DNA of 49,746 nt from an uncultured delta proteobacterium (GTDB taxonomy: Bacteria > Desulfobacterota > Binatia > DP-6): contig CAWFFN010000004.1 in NCBI GenBank assembly GCA_963815115.1, forward strand, positions 1 through 49,746, given 5' to 3'. Shown here one piece after another: positions 9,219 to 18,855 of this stretch. Each line of letters begins with the position of its first letter. Position 1 is the stretch's first letter. The position numbers were made by a program, and so were the translations under genes. The notes below the pieces were generated by a model. That model was not told where the DNA came from, ran no database searches, and was given only the letters and a program-made list of their open reading frames with translations.

Positions 9219-12200
9219 ATGGTCCAGACGCCGGTCGCGCTGCTGTTCACCGACCTGGTGCACTCGACCGAACTGCTGCACCGGGTGGGCGACGAGCAGG
9301 CGCAGCGCGTTCTGGGGGCGCATCGCCAGCTGCTGCGGAACGCCCTCGCGGGCCATGGCGGGGGAGAGGTGAAGTGGCTCGGGGACGGTCTCATGACGAT
9401 CTTCCCGTCGGTCGCCGACGCCGTGCGCTGCGCGGTCACGATGCAGCAACAGGCGCGGCGGCCCACGGCGGGCGAGCGACTCGGGCTGCGCGTCGGCGTG
9501 CACGTGGGGGAGGCGGTGGCGGACGAGGGCGACTATGCCGGCACGCCGGTGGTGCTGGCGCGACGGCTGTGCGAGCAGGCGACGGCGGGGCAGATCCTCT
9601 GCAGCGGCGTCGTCGTGGAGCTGCTGCGGGGGCGCCAGGCGTTCCAGTTCGCCGCGGTCGGTCCGCTCGGGCTGAAGGGCTTCCCGGAGCCAGTGCCCGC
9701 GTACCAGGTCGCCTACGAGCCCGAGGACGCGGGTGCGCGGCTCAGGCAGACGCCGTTCACGGGCCGCACGGCGGACCTGGCGCGGCTCGGCCATCGGCTG
9801 GCGGAGGCCCGCGCCGGGCGCGGCGGCGTCGTCATGCTGATGGGCGAGCCGGGGATCGGCAAGACGCGCCTGCTGGAAGAGTTCGCCGAGCAGGTGCGGG
9901 CGCAGGGCACGTTCGTGCTGTGGGGCCGGTGTTACGAGGGGGAGGCGGGGCGGCCGTACGGGCCGTTTGCGGAGGCGATTGCGGCGTACGCGCGCACGGC
10001 CGCGGCGGAGGCGTTGCAGGCCGATCTCGGGATCGGCGCGGCGCCGCTCGGACGGCTGGTGCGCGCGGTGCGCGAAAAGCTGCCGGACCTGGCGGAGCCG
10101 GTGGCCCTGGAGCCGTACGAGGAGCGCGTGCGGCTCCTCGACGCGGTCACGCAGTTCCTCCTTGCCCTGGCGACGCGGGTGCCGACGGTGCTGGTGCTCG
10201 ATGACTTGCACTGGGCGGATCACGGCACCGTGGCGCTGCTGCGGCACGTAGCGAGGTTCGCCGCGCAGGGGCGGCTCGTGGTGCTCGGGGCGTACCGCGA
10301 CGTCGAGGTCGACCGGCAGCACCCGCTGGCGGACGCCCTGGGCACGCTGCCGCGGGAGACGCGCTACGAGCACGTGGGCCTCACGGGCCTCGACCGGACG
10401 GCGGTGCAGGCGCTGCTGGAAGCGATCGCGGAGGCGGAGGTCGCGCCGGCGCTGGCCGAGGCCCTGGCGCGCGAGACGAGCGGGAACCCGTTCTTCATCC
10501 GCGAGGTGCTGCTGCACCTGCTGGAGGAAGGTGCGCTGGCGCGTGACGGCGGCCGGTGGAGCGCGGCACCGAACCTGGCGGCGAAGAGGATCCCCGAGAC
10601 GGTCCGGCACGTGATCGAGCGCCGGCTCGGCCGACTGTCGGAGCCGACGAATCGGTTGCTGCGGACCGCCGCGGGCTTCACCAGCGGCGTGCCGTTCGAG
10701 GTCGCGCGGTGTGTGGCGGGATTGGATGAGGGGCCGGCACTCGACGCGCTGGACGAGGCGTTGCGGACGCAGCTGCTCGTCGCCACGAGTGAGGCGCAGA
10801 CGTACGACTTCTCGCACGCATTGGTGCGCGACACGCTCTACGACCTGCTGAGCCCGTCCCGGCACGTACGCCTGCACCGGCAGATCGCGGAGGCCATGGA
10901 GGCGGTGCATGGCGAGCGCGCAGTCGACCACGCCGCGGAGATCGCCGAACACTATCATCGCAGCCGAGATCTGCCCGGCGCCGAGCGGGGTGCGGACCTC
11001 TGCATCACCGCCACCGGACGAGCCCAAGCGGTGTTCGCGTACGAAGACGTCGCCGCGTTGCTCGGTATGGCCCTGGCCTTGCTTCCGGGCGACGATCCGC
11101 GCGTGCCGCGCCTGCTCGCCCGCCGCGGCATGGCGCTCACGTGGGGGCTCGCCTTCGACGAGGCGTGCGCGATCTGTCTCCAGGCGTCGGAACGAATCGC
11201 TGAGACGGAAGGGCGGGACGGCGCTGCCGACTACCTGGCGGACGCCGTGGTAGCCATGAACGACGCCGGCGGGTACTCGAGTGGCTTCGTGCTCGCCAGG
11301 CGCGGGCTCGAACTCGCGGGCGTCAGGCGCGACCAGACCTGGGCGCTGCTCGCATCCGTCGACGTCATTCGGCGCGAGACCGAGGACCCGTCGAACTGCG
11401 GTATCCCGCTCGATTCGCCCGAGCGACGCGAGGTCGCGCGGGTGCTCGCCGGGTGCGGCCGCGAGGATCCGTGGTCACCGTGGGGGTGGTCAAGAGCGCC
11501 GGCACCAGGGCGAGCAGGCCGCGGTATGTTCCACGGGCAGTTCTGGACCCTGGGGTCACGCTTCACCAATGAGGACGTCGCCTCGCGGGCCGAGCTTCTC
11601 GCGCACGGGGCTTCGCCCGCAGTGTACGCCGTGGGAGCGTTCCGTGAAGGTCTACCGGTTTGGACGGATATCGCGCACGCGCGCGAGGGCGAGGGCCGGG
11701 TGGGCGCGGCCCTGGTGGCATGGTCCTGTGTCGGCCGTTTCAACACCGCGCTCGGGCATTTCGGCGAAGCCGAGGCCGCCCTCGATCGCGCCTCGGAACT
11801 CGCGAAGCGGCTTGGACGGTCGTCAGCCGACTCGGCAGCCCTGGTGGTCGCGGAGGACGAGCTTCGGATGGCGCGCGATGTCGATTGGGACCGGCCGCTG
11901 GCGCGGGCTGGACCGGGCATGGGCAAGGCTACCGCCGTTGCGTTCTATCCCGCGACCACCTGGGGGGGAATCGCGCGCACCCACGCCCGCATGGGCCGAG
12001 TGGAAAAGGCGCTCCACCGACTCGAGAGCGTCGTTCCCGCGATCGAGCGAGCGCCGGCCTGGTGGGACAACTACGTGCGCCTGTGCTGCGACGCGGCCGA
12101 GACCCTGTGGCTGATCCGAGAAACGCGCCACGCGACGACGATCGCCGACAACATACTCGCCAAGGTGGTCGAGCCCGACTTCCGCTACCCGATGTGTGAC

Positions 12201-14651
12201 GGGAGGCTCGCGATGGGTCGCCTCCGCGCCCTCGAGGACCGTCACGATGAGGCGAGCGAGTGGTTTGCCCGTGCCCGGACCGTGCTCGACGAGCAGGGTG
12301 CACGCCCGCTGCGCGCCATCACCGACTTCGACGAAGGTTGGATGTATCTTCGCCGCGATGCACCCGGCGACCGCGAGCGTGCCGCGCCCCTGCTCGACGC
12401 CGCTCTCCGGCAGTTCCGCGAGCTCGGCATGTCGGGCTGGATCCGGCGCGCCGAGACGCTACGTTCAAGCTGCGAGGGCGCAGGGGTCGCCGCGCAGGCG
12501 GCCCGCACGCCATCCGTCGCGGGCAACGACCACGCCCGAATGCTCCTCCAGCGGGACGAGGGCGTGCAGCCCGAGACGCGGTACGCGAAGAGCGGAGACC
12601 TCAGCATCGCCTACCAGGTGCTGGGCGAGGGGCCGCGCGACCTCGTCTTCGTGCCCGGGATCGTCTCGCACGTGGAGTCTTTCCACGAGCTACCCGGTTA
12701 CTCACGATTCATCGAGCGCCTGGCTTCCTTTGCTCGTGTAATCACCTTCGATAAACGGGGCACCGGTCTCTCCGACCGCGTCGCGGATGCGCCCACCTAC
12801 GAGCAACGAATGGACGACATCCTGGCAGTGATGAATGCCGCCGGAAGCGAACGGGCGGCGCTCTTCGGGATCTCGGAGGGCGGGCCGTTGGGCGCCATGT
12901 TCGCCGCCTCACACCCCGACCGAACCCTGGCTCTCGTCACGTTTGGTGCGTTCGCTCGCCTCACCTGGGCGCCGGACTACCCGATCGGCATGGATCGCGA
13001 AATTCTGGGGCAGGGAGTCGAGGCGGTAGTGGAGAGCTGGGGGACCGGCACTTCGCTCGAACTCTTTTCGGCCTCGCGCGCCCAGGACAAGGAAGCCCAG
13101 ACGCTATGGGCCAAGGTGGAACGCCTCTCGGCAAGCCCTGGCGGCATGAGATCGCTGATGCGACTCATCCAGGAAGTCGATGTGCGGTGTGTGCTCCCAA
13201 CGGTCAAGGTCCCAACCCTCGTTCTCCATGCCGAAGGTGACTTCTTTCCACTCGAGATCAGCAAGTATTTCGCCGAGCGCATCCGGGGAGCACGTTGGGT
13301 CGAGTTGAAAGGCGTCGACCACTATCCGTGGTTCGGATCCGTCGACTCGCTCGTAGCCGAGATCGAAGAATTTCTTACCGGCGCCCGGCATGAGCCCGAC
13401 GTCGACCGCATCCTTGCAACGCTACTGTTCACCGACATCGTGGCCTCGACCGCCCGTGCCGCCGAGATGGGCGACGAGCGGTGGCGCGACGTGCTCGCCA
13501 GCCACCACGCCCTCGTCCGCCGCGAGCTGGCGCGCTTTCGCGGCCGGGAGGTGAAGACGGTGGGGGACGGCTTTCTCGCCACCTTCGACGGTCCGGCGCG
13601 GGCGATCCGCTGTGCCTGCGCCATCCGCGACGGTGTGCGTCCGCTGGGGATCGAAATCAGGGCGGGGATGCACACGGGCGAGTGCGAGCTGATTGGTGAC
13701 GACGTGGGGGGCATCGCCGTGCACATCGGCGCCAGGGTGGCTGCGAGCGCCACACCCGGCGAGGTGCTCGTCTCCAGCACCGTTAAGGACCTCGTGGCCG
13801 GCTCCGGCCTGCGCTTCGCGGATCGTGGCACCCACGACCTCCCCGGCGTGCCCGGGGAGTGGCGCCTCTTCGGCGTGGAAGGGCTAAGTGGCGGGCGCAC
13901 CGCCCATGACCTCGAGATGACGAGCCTCGCCGGGACGGCGACCTCGCTGCGGGCTGGCGAGACGCCGTCGAGCCCTGCCCCTCTGGGGCGGGCGACGGCG
14001 TCGGATGGTGGCGGCGCCCCGCGGACCGGGGATGGGGCGCCCGTCGGGGGAAGCGTCTTTCGCAAGGAAGGGGACTTCTGGACGATCGCCTACGAAGACG
14101 TCGTGTTCCGCTTGAAGGACTCGAAGGGGCTGCACTACATGGCTCACCTGTTGCGCCATCCGGGCACCGAGTTCCACGCCAACGACCTGGTGGGCGCTGC
14201 CGCTGGCCCCCGGGCAGGAGCGCCGTCGAACGAGGAGCGGGGGCCGAGTCGCCAGGAGCTGGCGGCCGAGGGCTTGGTCGTGTCCCGACTCGGCGGTGCC
14301 CCGGCCCTGCTCGATGCACGCGCGAAGGCAGCCTATCAGGAGCGGCTCTCCGATCTGCGGGAGGAGCTCGCGGACGCCGAGCGCCTGCATGATCTGGGTC
14401 GGGCGGAGCATGCGGGAGCCGAGATCGACTTCCTCACGACCGAGCTCACCGCGCCCTTTCGCGGTCACCAGAAGGCCAACCCGTACGCCGAGCGAGCGCG
14501 CCTGACGGTGACCAAGGGCATCAAGGCCGCCCTGGAGCGAATCTCGCAGAACCACCCCGCTCTCGGCCGCCATCTTGCCGTCACGATCCGCCGGGGCACC
14601 TTCTGCGCCTACACGCCTGATCCTCGCCATCCCATTCCCTGGACGTTCTAG
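9219..14651 (+). CDS. Multidomain signalling protein: class III nucleotide cyclase - STAND/AAA ATPase - TPR-like helices - alpha/beta-hydrolase - second cyclase - C-terminal putative DNA-binding domain
   Basis: LFTDL..EVKWLGDG; GEPGIGKT, LVLDDLHWAD, GNPFF; GISEGG, HAEGD, GVDHYP; LFTDIV..EVKTVGDG..DVGGIAVHIGARV; FRKEGDFWTI...AERARLTVTKGIKAALERI...TIRRGTFCAY. Start 9219 chosen by alignment with the paralog (ORF opens at 9207). Confidence 0.92.
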   Translation: MVQTPVALLFTDLVHSTELLHRVGDEQAQRVLGAHRQLLRNALAGHGGGEVKWLGDGLMTIFPSVADAVRCAVTMQQQARRPTAGERLGLRVGVHVGEAVADEGDYAGTPVVLARRLCEQATAGQILCSGVVVELLRGRQAFQFAAVGPLGLKGFPEPVPAYQVAYEPEDAGARLRQTPFTGRTADLARLGHRLAEARAGRGGVVMLMGEPGIGKTRLLEEFAEQVRAQGTFVLWGRCYEGEAGRPYGPFAEAIAAYARTAAAEALQADLGIGAAPLGRLVRAVREKLPDLAEPVALEPYEERVRLLDAVTQFLLALATRVPTVLVLDDLHWADHGTVALLRHVARFAAQGRLVVLGAYRDVEVDRQHPLADALGTLPRETRYEHVGLTGLDRTAVQALLEAIAEAEVAPALAEALARETSGNPFFIREVLLHLLEEGALARDGGRWSAAPNLAAKRIPETVRHVIERRLGRLSEPTNRLLRTAAGFTSGVPFEVARCVAGLDEGPALDALDEALRTQLLVATSEAQTYDFSHALVRDTLYDLLSPSRHVRLHRQIAEAMEAVHGERAVDHAAEIAEHYHRSRDLPGAERGADLCITATGRAQAVFAYEDVAALLGMALALLPGDDPRVPRLLARRGMALTWGLAFDEACAICLQASERIAETEGRDGAADYLADAVVAMNDAGGYSSGFVLARRGLELAGVRRDQTWALLASVDVIRRETEDPSNCGIPLDSPERREVARVLAGCGREDPWSPWGWSRAPAPGRAGRGMFHGQFWTLGSRFTNEDVASRAELLAHGASPAVYAVGAFREGLPVWTDIAHAREGEGRVGAALVAWSCVGRFNTALGHFGEAEAALDRASELAKRLGRSSADSAALVVAEDELRMARDVDWDRPLARAGPGMGKATAVAFYPATTWGGIARTHARMGRVEKALHRLESVVPAIERAPAWWDNYVRLCCDAAETLWLIRETRHATTIADNILAKVVEPDFRYPMCDGRLAMGRLRALEDRHDEASEWFARARTVLDEQGARPLRAITDFDEGWMYLRRDAPGDRERAAPLLDAALRQFRELGMSGWIRRAETLRSSCEGAGVAAQAARTPSVAGNDHARMLLQRDEGVQPETRYAKSGDLSIAYQVLGEGPRDLVFVPGIVSHVESFHELPGYSRFIERLASFARVITFDKRGTGLSDRVADAPTYEQRMDDILAVMNAAGSERAALFGISEGGPLGAMFAASHPDRTLALVTFGAFARLTWAPDYPIGMDREILGQGVEAVVESWGTGTSLELFSASRAQDKEAQTLWAKVERLSASPGGMRSLMRLIQEVDVRCVLPTVKVPTLVLHAEGDFFPLEISKYFAERIRGARWVELKGVDHYPWFGSVDSLVAEIEEFLTGARHEPDVDRILATLLFTDIVASTARAAEMGDERWRDVLASHHALVRRELARFRGREVKTVGDGFLATFDGPARAIRCACAIRDGVRPLGIEIRAGMHTGECELIGDDVGGIAVHIGARVAASATPGEVLVSSTVKDLVAGSGLRFADRGTHDLPGVPGEWRLFGVEGLSGGRTAHDLEMTSLAGTATSLRAGETPSSPAPLGRATASDGGGAPRTGDGAPVGGSVFRKEGDFWTIAYEDVVFRLKDSKGLHYMAHLLRHPGTEFHANDLVGAAAGPRAGAPSNEERGPSRQELAAEGLVVSRLGGAPALLDARAKAAYQERLSDLREELADAERLHDLGRAEHAGAEIDFLTTELTAPFRGHQKANPYAERARLTVTKGIKAALERISQNHPALGRHLAVTIRRGTFCAYTPDPRHPIPWTF

Positions 14652-14757
14652 GCATTCAGATCACTTGCGGGTTCGTGGCTCGCGAAGGAACGGTTGTGCA
14701 CTCGGTTTTGCCAGCGGGGTCTCTCGATGCCGGCGCTACCGAGCCAGCGTGCCTGGG

Positions 14758-14774
14758 TGGTATGATCCTGGGCC
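14758..14774 (+). promoter_or_regulatory. Extended -10 element (TGgTATGAT) 8 nt before ATG; likely leaderless promoter
   Basis: tggtatgatcctgggccATG with no Shine-Dalgarno sequence. Confidence 0.5.
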
Positions 14775-17700
14775 ATGGTCGCTGCGCCGGTTACACTGCT
14801 GTTCACCGACCTGGCGCACTCGACCGAGCTGCTGCACCGAGTGGGCGACCAGCGGGCGCACCGCATTCTGCGGACGCACCGGCAGCTGCTGCAGGACGCA
14901 GTCGCGGTTCACGGCGGCCAAGAGGTGAAATGGCTCGGCGACGGCCTCATGACGATCTTCCCGTCGGTCGCCGACGCTGTGCGCTGCGCGATCACGATGC
15001 AGCAGCAGGCGCGGCGGCCCGCGGCGGGCGAGCGGCTCGGCCTGCGCATCGGGCTGCACGTGGGGGAGGCGCTGCCGGACGAGGGCGACTACGTCGGCAC
15101 GCCCGTGGTGCTGGCGCGGCGCCTGTGCGAGCAGGCGACGGCGGGGCAGATCCTCTGCAGCGGTCTCGTGGCGGACCTTCTGCGCGGCCGCCAGGCGTTC
15201 CACTTCGCCGACGTCGGGGCGCTGGCGCTGAAGGGCTTCCCCGACCCGGTGCTCGGGTACGAGGTCGCGTACGAGCCCGAGGAGGCGGTTGCGCGGCTCG
15301 GGCAGACGCCGTTCACGGGCCGCACGGCGGAACTGGCGCGGCTCACGCACCGGCTCGAGGACGCCCGCGGCGCGCGCGGCGGCGTCGTCATGGTGATGGG
15401 GGAGCCGGGCATCGGAAAGACGCGCATGCTGGAGGAGTTCGCCGAGCGGGTACGGGCGCAGGGCACGCTCGTGCTGTGGGGCCGGTGCTACGAGGGGGAG
15501 GCGGGACGGCCCTACGGGCCGTTTGCGGAGGCGATCGGGGAGTACGCGCGCACGGCCGCGACGGAGACGCTGGCGGCCGATCTCGGACCGGGGGCAGCGC
15601 CGCTCGGGCGGTTGGTGCCAGGGGTGCGCGCGCGCCTGCTGGATTTGCCGGAGCCGGCGCCGCTGGAGCCGTACGAGGAGCGCGTGCGGTTGCTCGACGC
15701 GGTCACGCAGTTCCTCCTCGCCCTGGCGGCGCGCGTGCCGACGGTGCTGGTGCTCGATGATCTCCACTGGGCGGATGCGGGCACGGTGGCGCTGCTGCGG
15801 CACGTCGCGCGCTTCGCGCCGCGCGGGCGGCTCATGGTGCTCGGGGCGTACCGCGACGTCGACGTCGACCGGCAGCATCCGCTGGCGGAGGCGCTCGGGA
15901 CGCTGCCGCGGGAGACGCGCTACGAGCACGTGGGGCTCGCGGGTCTCGACCAGCCGGCAGTGCAGGCGCTGCTCGATGCGATCGCCGAGGCAGAGGTCGA
16001 GCCCGGGCTTGTCGAGACCGTGGCGCGCGAGACGAGTGGGAATCCGTTCTTCATCCGCGAGGTGCTCCTGCACCTGCTGGAAGAAGGGGCGCTCGCCCGT
16101 GACGGCAAGCAGTGGCGGGCGGCGCTGCCGGGCGGAGTCCAGGCCGTGCCGGAGACCGTGCGGCAGGTAATCGAGCGGCGGCTCGGGCGGGTGTCGGCGG
16201 CGGCGAGGCAGCTGCTGCGTGTCGCGGCGGCGTTCACCGCCGGCGTGCCGTTCGAGGTCGCACGCCGGGTGGCGGGGCTGGAGGAGGCCGGGGCGCTGGA
16301 CGCGCTGGATGAGGTGCTGGCGGCGCAGCTCCTCAAGCCGACGGCCGATCGCGACCGGTTCGACTTCACGCACGCCCTGGTGCGCCACACCCTCTACGAC
16401 GCGCAGAGCCCGCCGCGCCAGGTGCGGCTGCACCGCCAGATCGCGGAGGCGATGGAGGCGGTGTACGGCGAGCGGGCCAGCGAGCACGCGGCGGAGATCG
16501 CGCGGCAGTACCACCAGAGCGCCGCCCTGCCCGGTGCCGAGCGCGGAGTCGCGTACTGCCTGGCCGCCGCCGAGCGTGCCGAGCGCGCCACCGCCCTCGA
16601 GGAAGTCGCGGACGCGCTCGCGATGGCGCTCGCGCTGTTGCCACCGGACGATGAGCGGCGCGGGCGGCTCCTGGCCCACCGCAGCCTCGCTCTCGGCGCA
16701 ACGAAGCGCGCAGACGAAGCCGCTGCGATCGCCATCGAGGCGGCCGAGCTCATCGCCGGGAGCGACGGGCACGCCGCCGCGGCCTCGTATCTTGCCGAGG
16801 TCGCCGGCTCGATCTTCATGGCGGGAACAGCTGCGGCCGCGTGGGCCGTCGCCCGCCACGGTCTCACCTTCGCCAAAGATCGCCGCGACTGGGCCTGGGC
16901 GGTGCTGCGCGCACACGACCTCGATCGCGTGGACGCGGAAGACCCCGACCATCCCGGCATCGTCGTCGACACGCCGGAGCGCCGGGAGATCGCTCAGTTC
17001 TCCCCGGCTTTCGCGCGAAACCAGGATATGATGCAAGGTTCGAGGGCATTGTGGTGGGCCAGGTGGGAAATCTTCGAGTCGCGCCAGGCCGCGCTCGAGA
17101 CCGCGGGACCCTACGCACGGAACGCGCACATCTCCTGGGCCGGCGCGTACCGCGATGCGCTGCCGCTCGCGGAGCGCCTGGCCCACGCCGCCCTCGAGCA
17201 GGGTGAGCTGGCCCGCGCCGCCCAGGACGTAGCCGTGTGCTCCCGGCTGCACGCAGCACTCGGGGACCTCGCCTCGGCCGAGCGGGACCTCATGCGCGTT
17301 GCCACGCTGGCGAAACGCGCGGGCAACCCTCCGATGGTTGTCACACAGCGTAACACCGCGTTGTTCGATGTCGCCTATGCCCGCGGTACGGGGCTCGACT
17401 TGGGCGCGTCCGTCGCGGATGCCGCTCTCGCGCGCGATGACCCGGCAGTACGCTGGGCTCGCGCCCCCGTGCACTCCCTCGCGGCAGTTCTGTACACCTT
17501 CGCCGGACGCGACGAGGATGCACTGCGCGCCGTGGCCTGCGCGGTGCCCGCCATCGAGCGCGCTGGTGGTGGCGTCGCCGGGTACACCCAGATGATCTGC
17601 CGCTGCTGCCGGGCGCTCTGGCGCCTCGGCCGCGCCGACTTCGCCGGCGTTTTGGAGCGCAACCTCCGCGCCAAGACACTCCCCGGCGACTTGCGCGACC

Positions 17701-18731
17701 TCGGCGTCGACGCACGCGTCGCCATGGCGCAGCTCTGCGCGCTCACGGGGCGCCCGGACGAGGCGCACGAGTGGTTCGAGCGCGCCCGGGCCGTCCTCGA
17801 CGAGCAGGGCGCGCGACCGCTGCGCGCGCTCGTCGACCTCGACGAGGCCTGGATGGAGGTCCGGCGCGGGCCGCACGGGGATCGGGATCGGGCGCGGGCG
17901 CTCCTCGACGTCGCGTGCGAGCAGTTCCAGGCCATCGGCATGCCGGGCTGGATCGAGCGCGCGGAGGCGTTGCGGGCAAGCGTCGGTAGTGCAGCCATCG
18001 CGGTGCCGGCGCCCGCCGTCCCGCTGGTCCCGAAGAGCGACCACGCCGACGCGGTACACGCCAACCCAGCGCTGCTCGACCGCTCACTGCGCACCGCCCA
18101 TGACCTCGAGATGCCGAGCCTCCCCGGGAAGGCGAACGTCTTTCGCAAGGAAGGGGACTACTGGACGATCGCCTACGAAGACGTCGTCTTCCGCTTGAAG
18201 GACACGAAGGGGCTGCACTACATCGCCCACCTGTTGCGCCATCCGGCCACCGAGTTCCACGCCAACGACCTGGTGGCCGCCGCGGGCCCCCGGGCGGGAG
18301 CGCCGTCGAACGCGGAGCGGGGGCCGAGTCGCCAGGAGCTGGCGGCCGAGGGCCTGGTCGTGTCCCGCCTCGGCGGTGCCCCGGCCCTGCTCGATGCACG
18401 CGCGAAGGCAGCCTATCAGGAGCGGCTCTCCGATCTGCGGGAGGAGCTCGCGAACGCCGAGCGCCTGCATGATCTGGGTCGGGCGGAACATGCGGGAGCC
18501 GAGATCGACTTCCTCACGACCGAGCTCACCGCGCCCTTTCGCGGTCACCAGAAGGCCAACCCGTACGCCGAGCGGGCGCGCCTGACGGTGACCAAGGGCA
18601 TCAAGGCCGCCCTGGAGAGGATCTCGCAGAACCACCCCGCTCTCGGCCGCCATCTCGCCGTCACCATCCGCCGGGGCACCTTCTGCGCCTACACGCCTGA
18701 TCCTCGCCATCCCATTCCCTGGACGTTCTAG
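14775..18731 (+). CDS. Class III cyclase - STAND/AAA ATPase - TPR-like - C-terminal putative DNA-binding protein (paralog 2)
   Basis: Same N-terminal cyclase and Walker A/B motifs and near-identical C-terminal domain as 9219-14651; no hydrolase-cyclase insert. Confidence 0.92.
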   Translation: MVAAPVTLLFTDLAHSTELLHRVGDQRAHRILRTHRQLLQDAVAVHGGQEVKWLGDGLMTIFPSVADAVRCAITMQQQARRPAAGERLGLRIGLHVGEALPDEGDYVGTPVVLARRLCEQATAGQILCSGLVADLLRGRQAFHFADVGALALKGFPDPVLGYEVAYEPEEAVARLGQTPFTGRTAELARLTHRLEDARGARGGVVMVMGEPGIGKTRMLEEFAERVRAQGTLVLWGRCYEGEAGRPYGPFAEAIGEYARTAATETLAADLGPGAAPLGRLVPGVRARLLDLPEPAPLEPYEERVRLLDAVTQFLLALAARVPTVLVLDDLHWADAGTVALLRHVARFAPRGRLMVLGAYRDVDVDRQHPLAEALGTLPRETRYEHVGLAGLDQPAVQALLDAIAEAEVEPGLVETVARETSGNPFFIREVLLHLLEEGALARDGKQWRAALPGGVQAVPETVRQVIERRLGRVSAAARQLLRVAAAFTAGVPFEVARRVAGLEEAGALDALDEVLAAQLLKPTADRDRFDFTHALVRHTLYDAQSPPRQVRLHRQIAEAMEAVYGERASEHAAEIARQYHQSAALPGAERGVAYCLAAAERAERATALEEVADALAMALALLPPDDERRGRLLAHRSLALGATKRADEAAAIAIEAAELIAGSDGHAAAASYLAEVAGSIFMAGTAAAAWAVARHGLTFAKDRRDWAWAVLRAHDLDRVDAEDPDHPGIVVDTPERREIAQFSPAFARNQDMMQGSRALWWARWEIFESRQAALETAGPYARNAHISWAGAYRDALPLAERLAHAALEQGELARAAQDVAVCSRLHAALGDLASAERDLMRVATLAKRAGNPPMVVTQRNTALFDVAYARGTGLDLGASVADAALARDDPAVRWARAPVHSLAAVLYTFAGRDEDALRAVACAVPAIERAGGGVAGYTQMICRCCRALWRLGRADFAGVLERNLRAKTLPGDLRDLGVDARVAMAQLCALTGRPDEAHEWFERARAVLDEQGARPLRALVDLDEAWMEVRRGPHGDRDRARALLDVACEQFQAIGMPGWIERAEALRASVGSAAIAVPAPAVPLVPKSDHADAVHANPALLDRSLRTAHDLEMPSLPGKANVFRKEGDYWTIAYEDVVFRLKDTKGLHYIAHLLRHPATEFHANDLVAAAGPRAGAPSNAERGPSRQELAAEGLVVSRLGGAPALLDARAKAAYQERLSDLREELANAERLHDLGRAEHAGAEIDFLTTELTAPFRGHQKANPYAERARLTVTKGIKAALERISQNHPALGRHLAVTIRRGTFCAYTPDPRHPIPWTF

Positions 18732-18855
18732 CGGCACGCGCATCGCCTGCGGTTCGTGGCCCGCGGGTGTTCAACGTCGCCATCGCCTCGGGGTCCGGTT
18801 GTTCAAGTGAGGGTGGGCCGCGCCGGACGCGGACGCGGCCCACCCCTTCCGCAGT

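Noticed and set aside
14736-18059. Long antisense or alternate-frame ORFs (1107 aa here; also 36001-38775, 3373-5805, 8808-11027, 27145-28800)
   Set aside because: Shadow ORFs of high-GC genes; Arg/Gly/Ala-rich with no motifs, while the opposite strand has clear family signatures.
9219-18731. Avs-type or Pycsar anti-phage system
   Set aside because: No nuclease, TIR, SIR2 or membrane effector, and no cyclic-nucleotide-binding partner nearby; cyclase residues point to adenine specificity. A defence role is not excluded but is unsupported.
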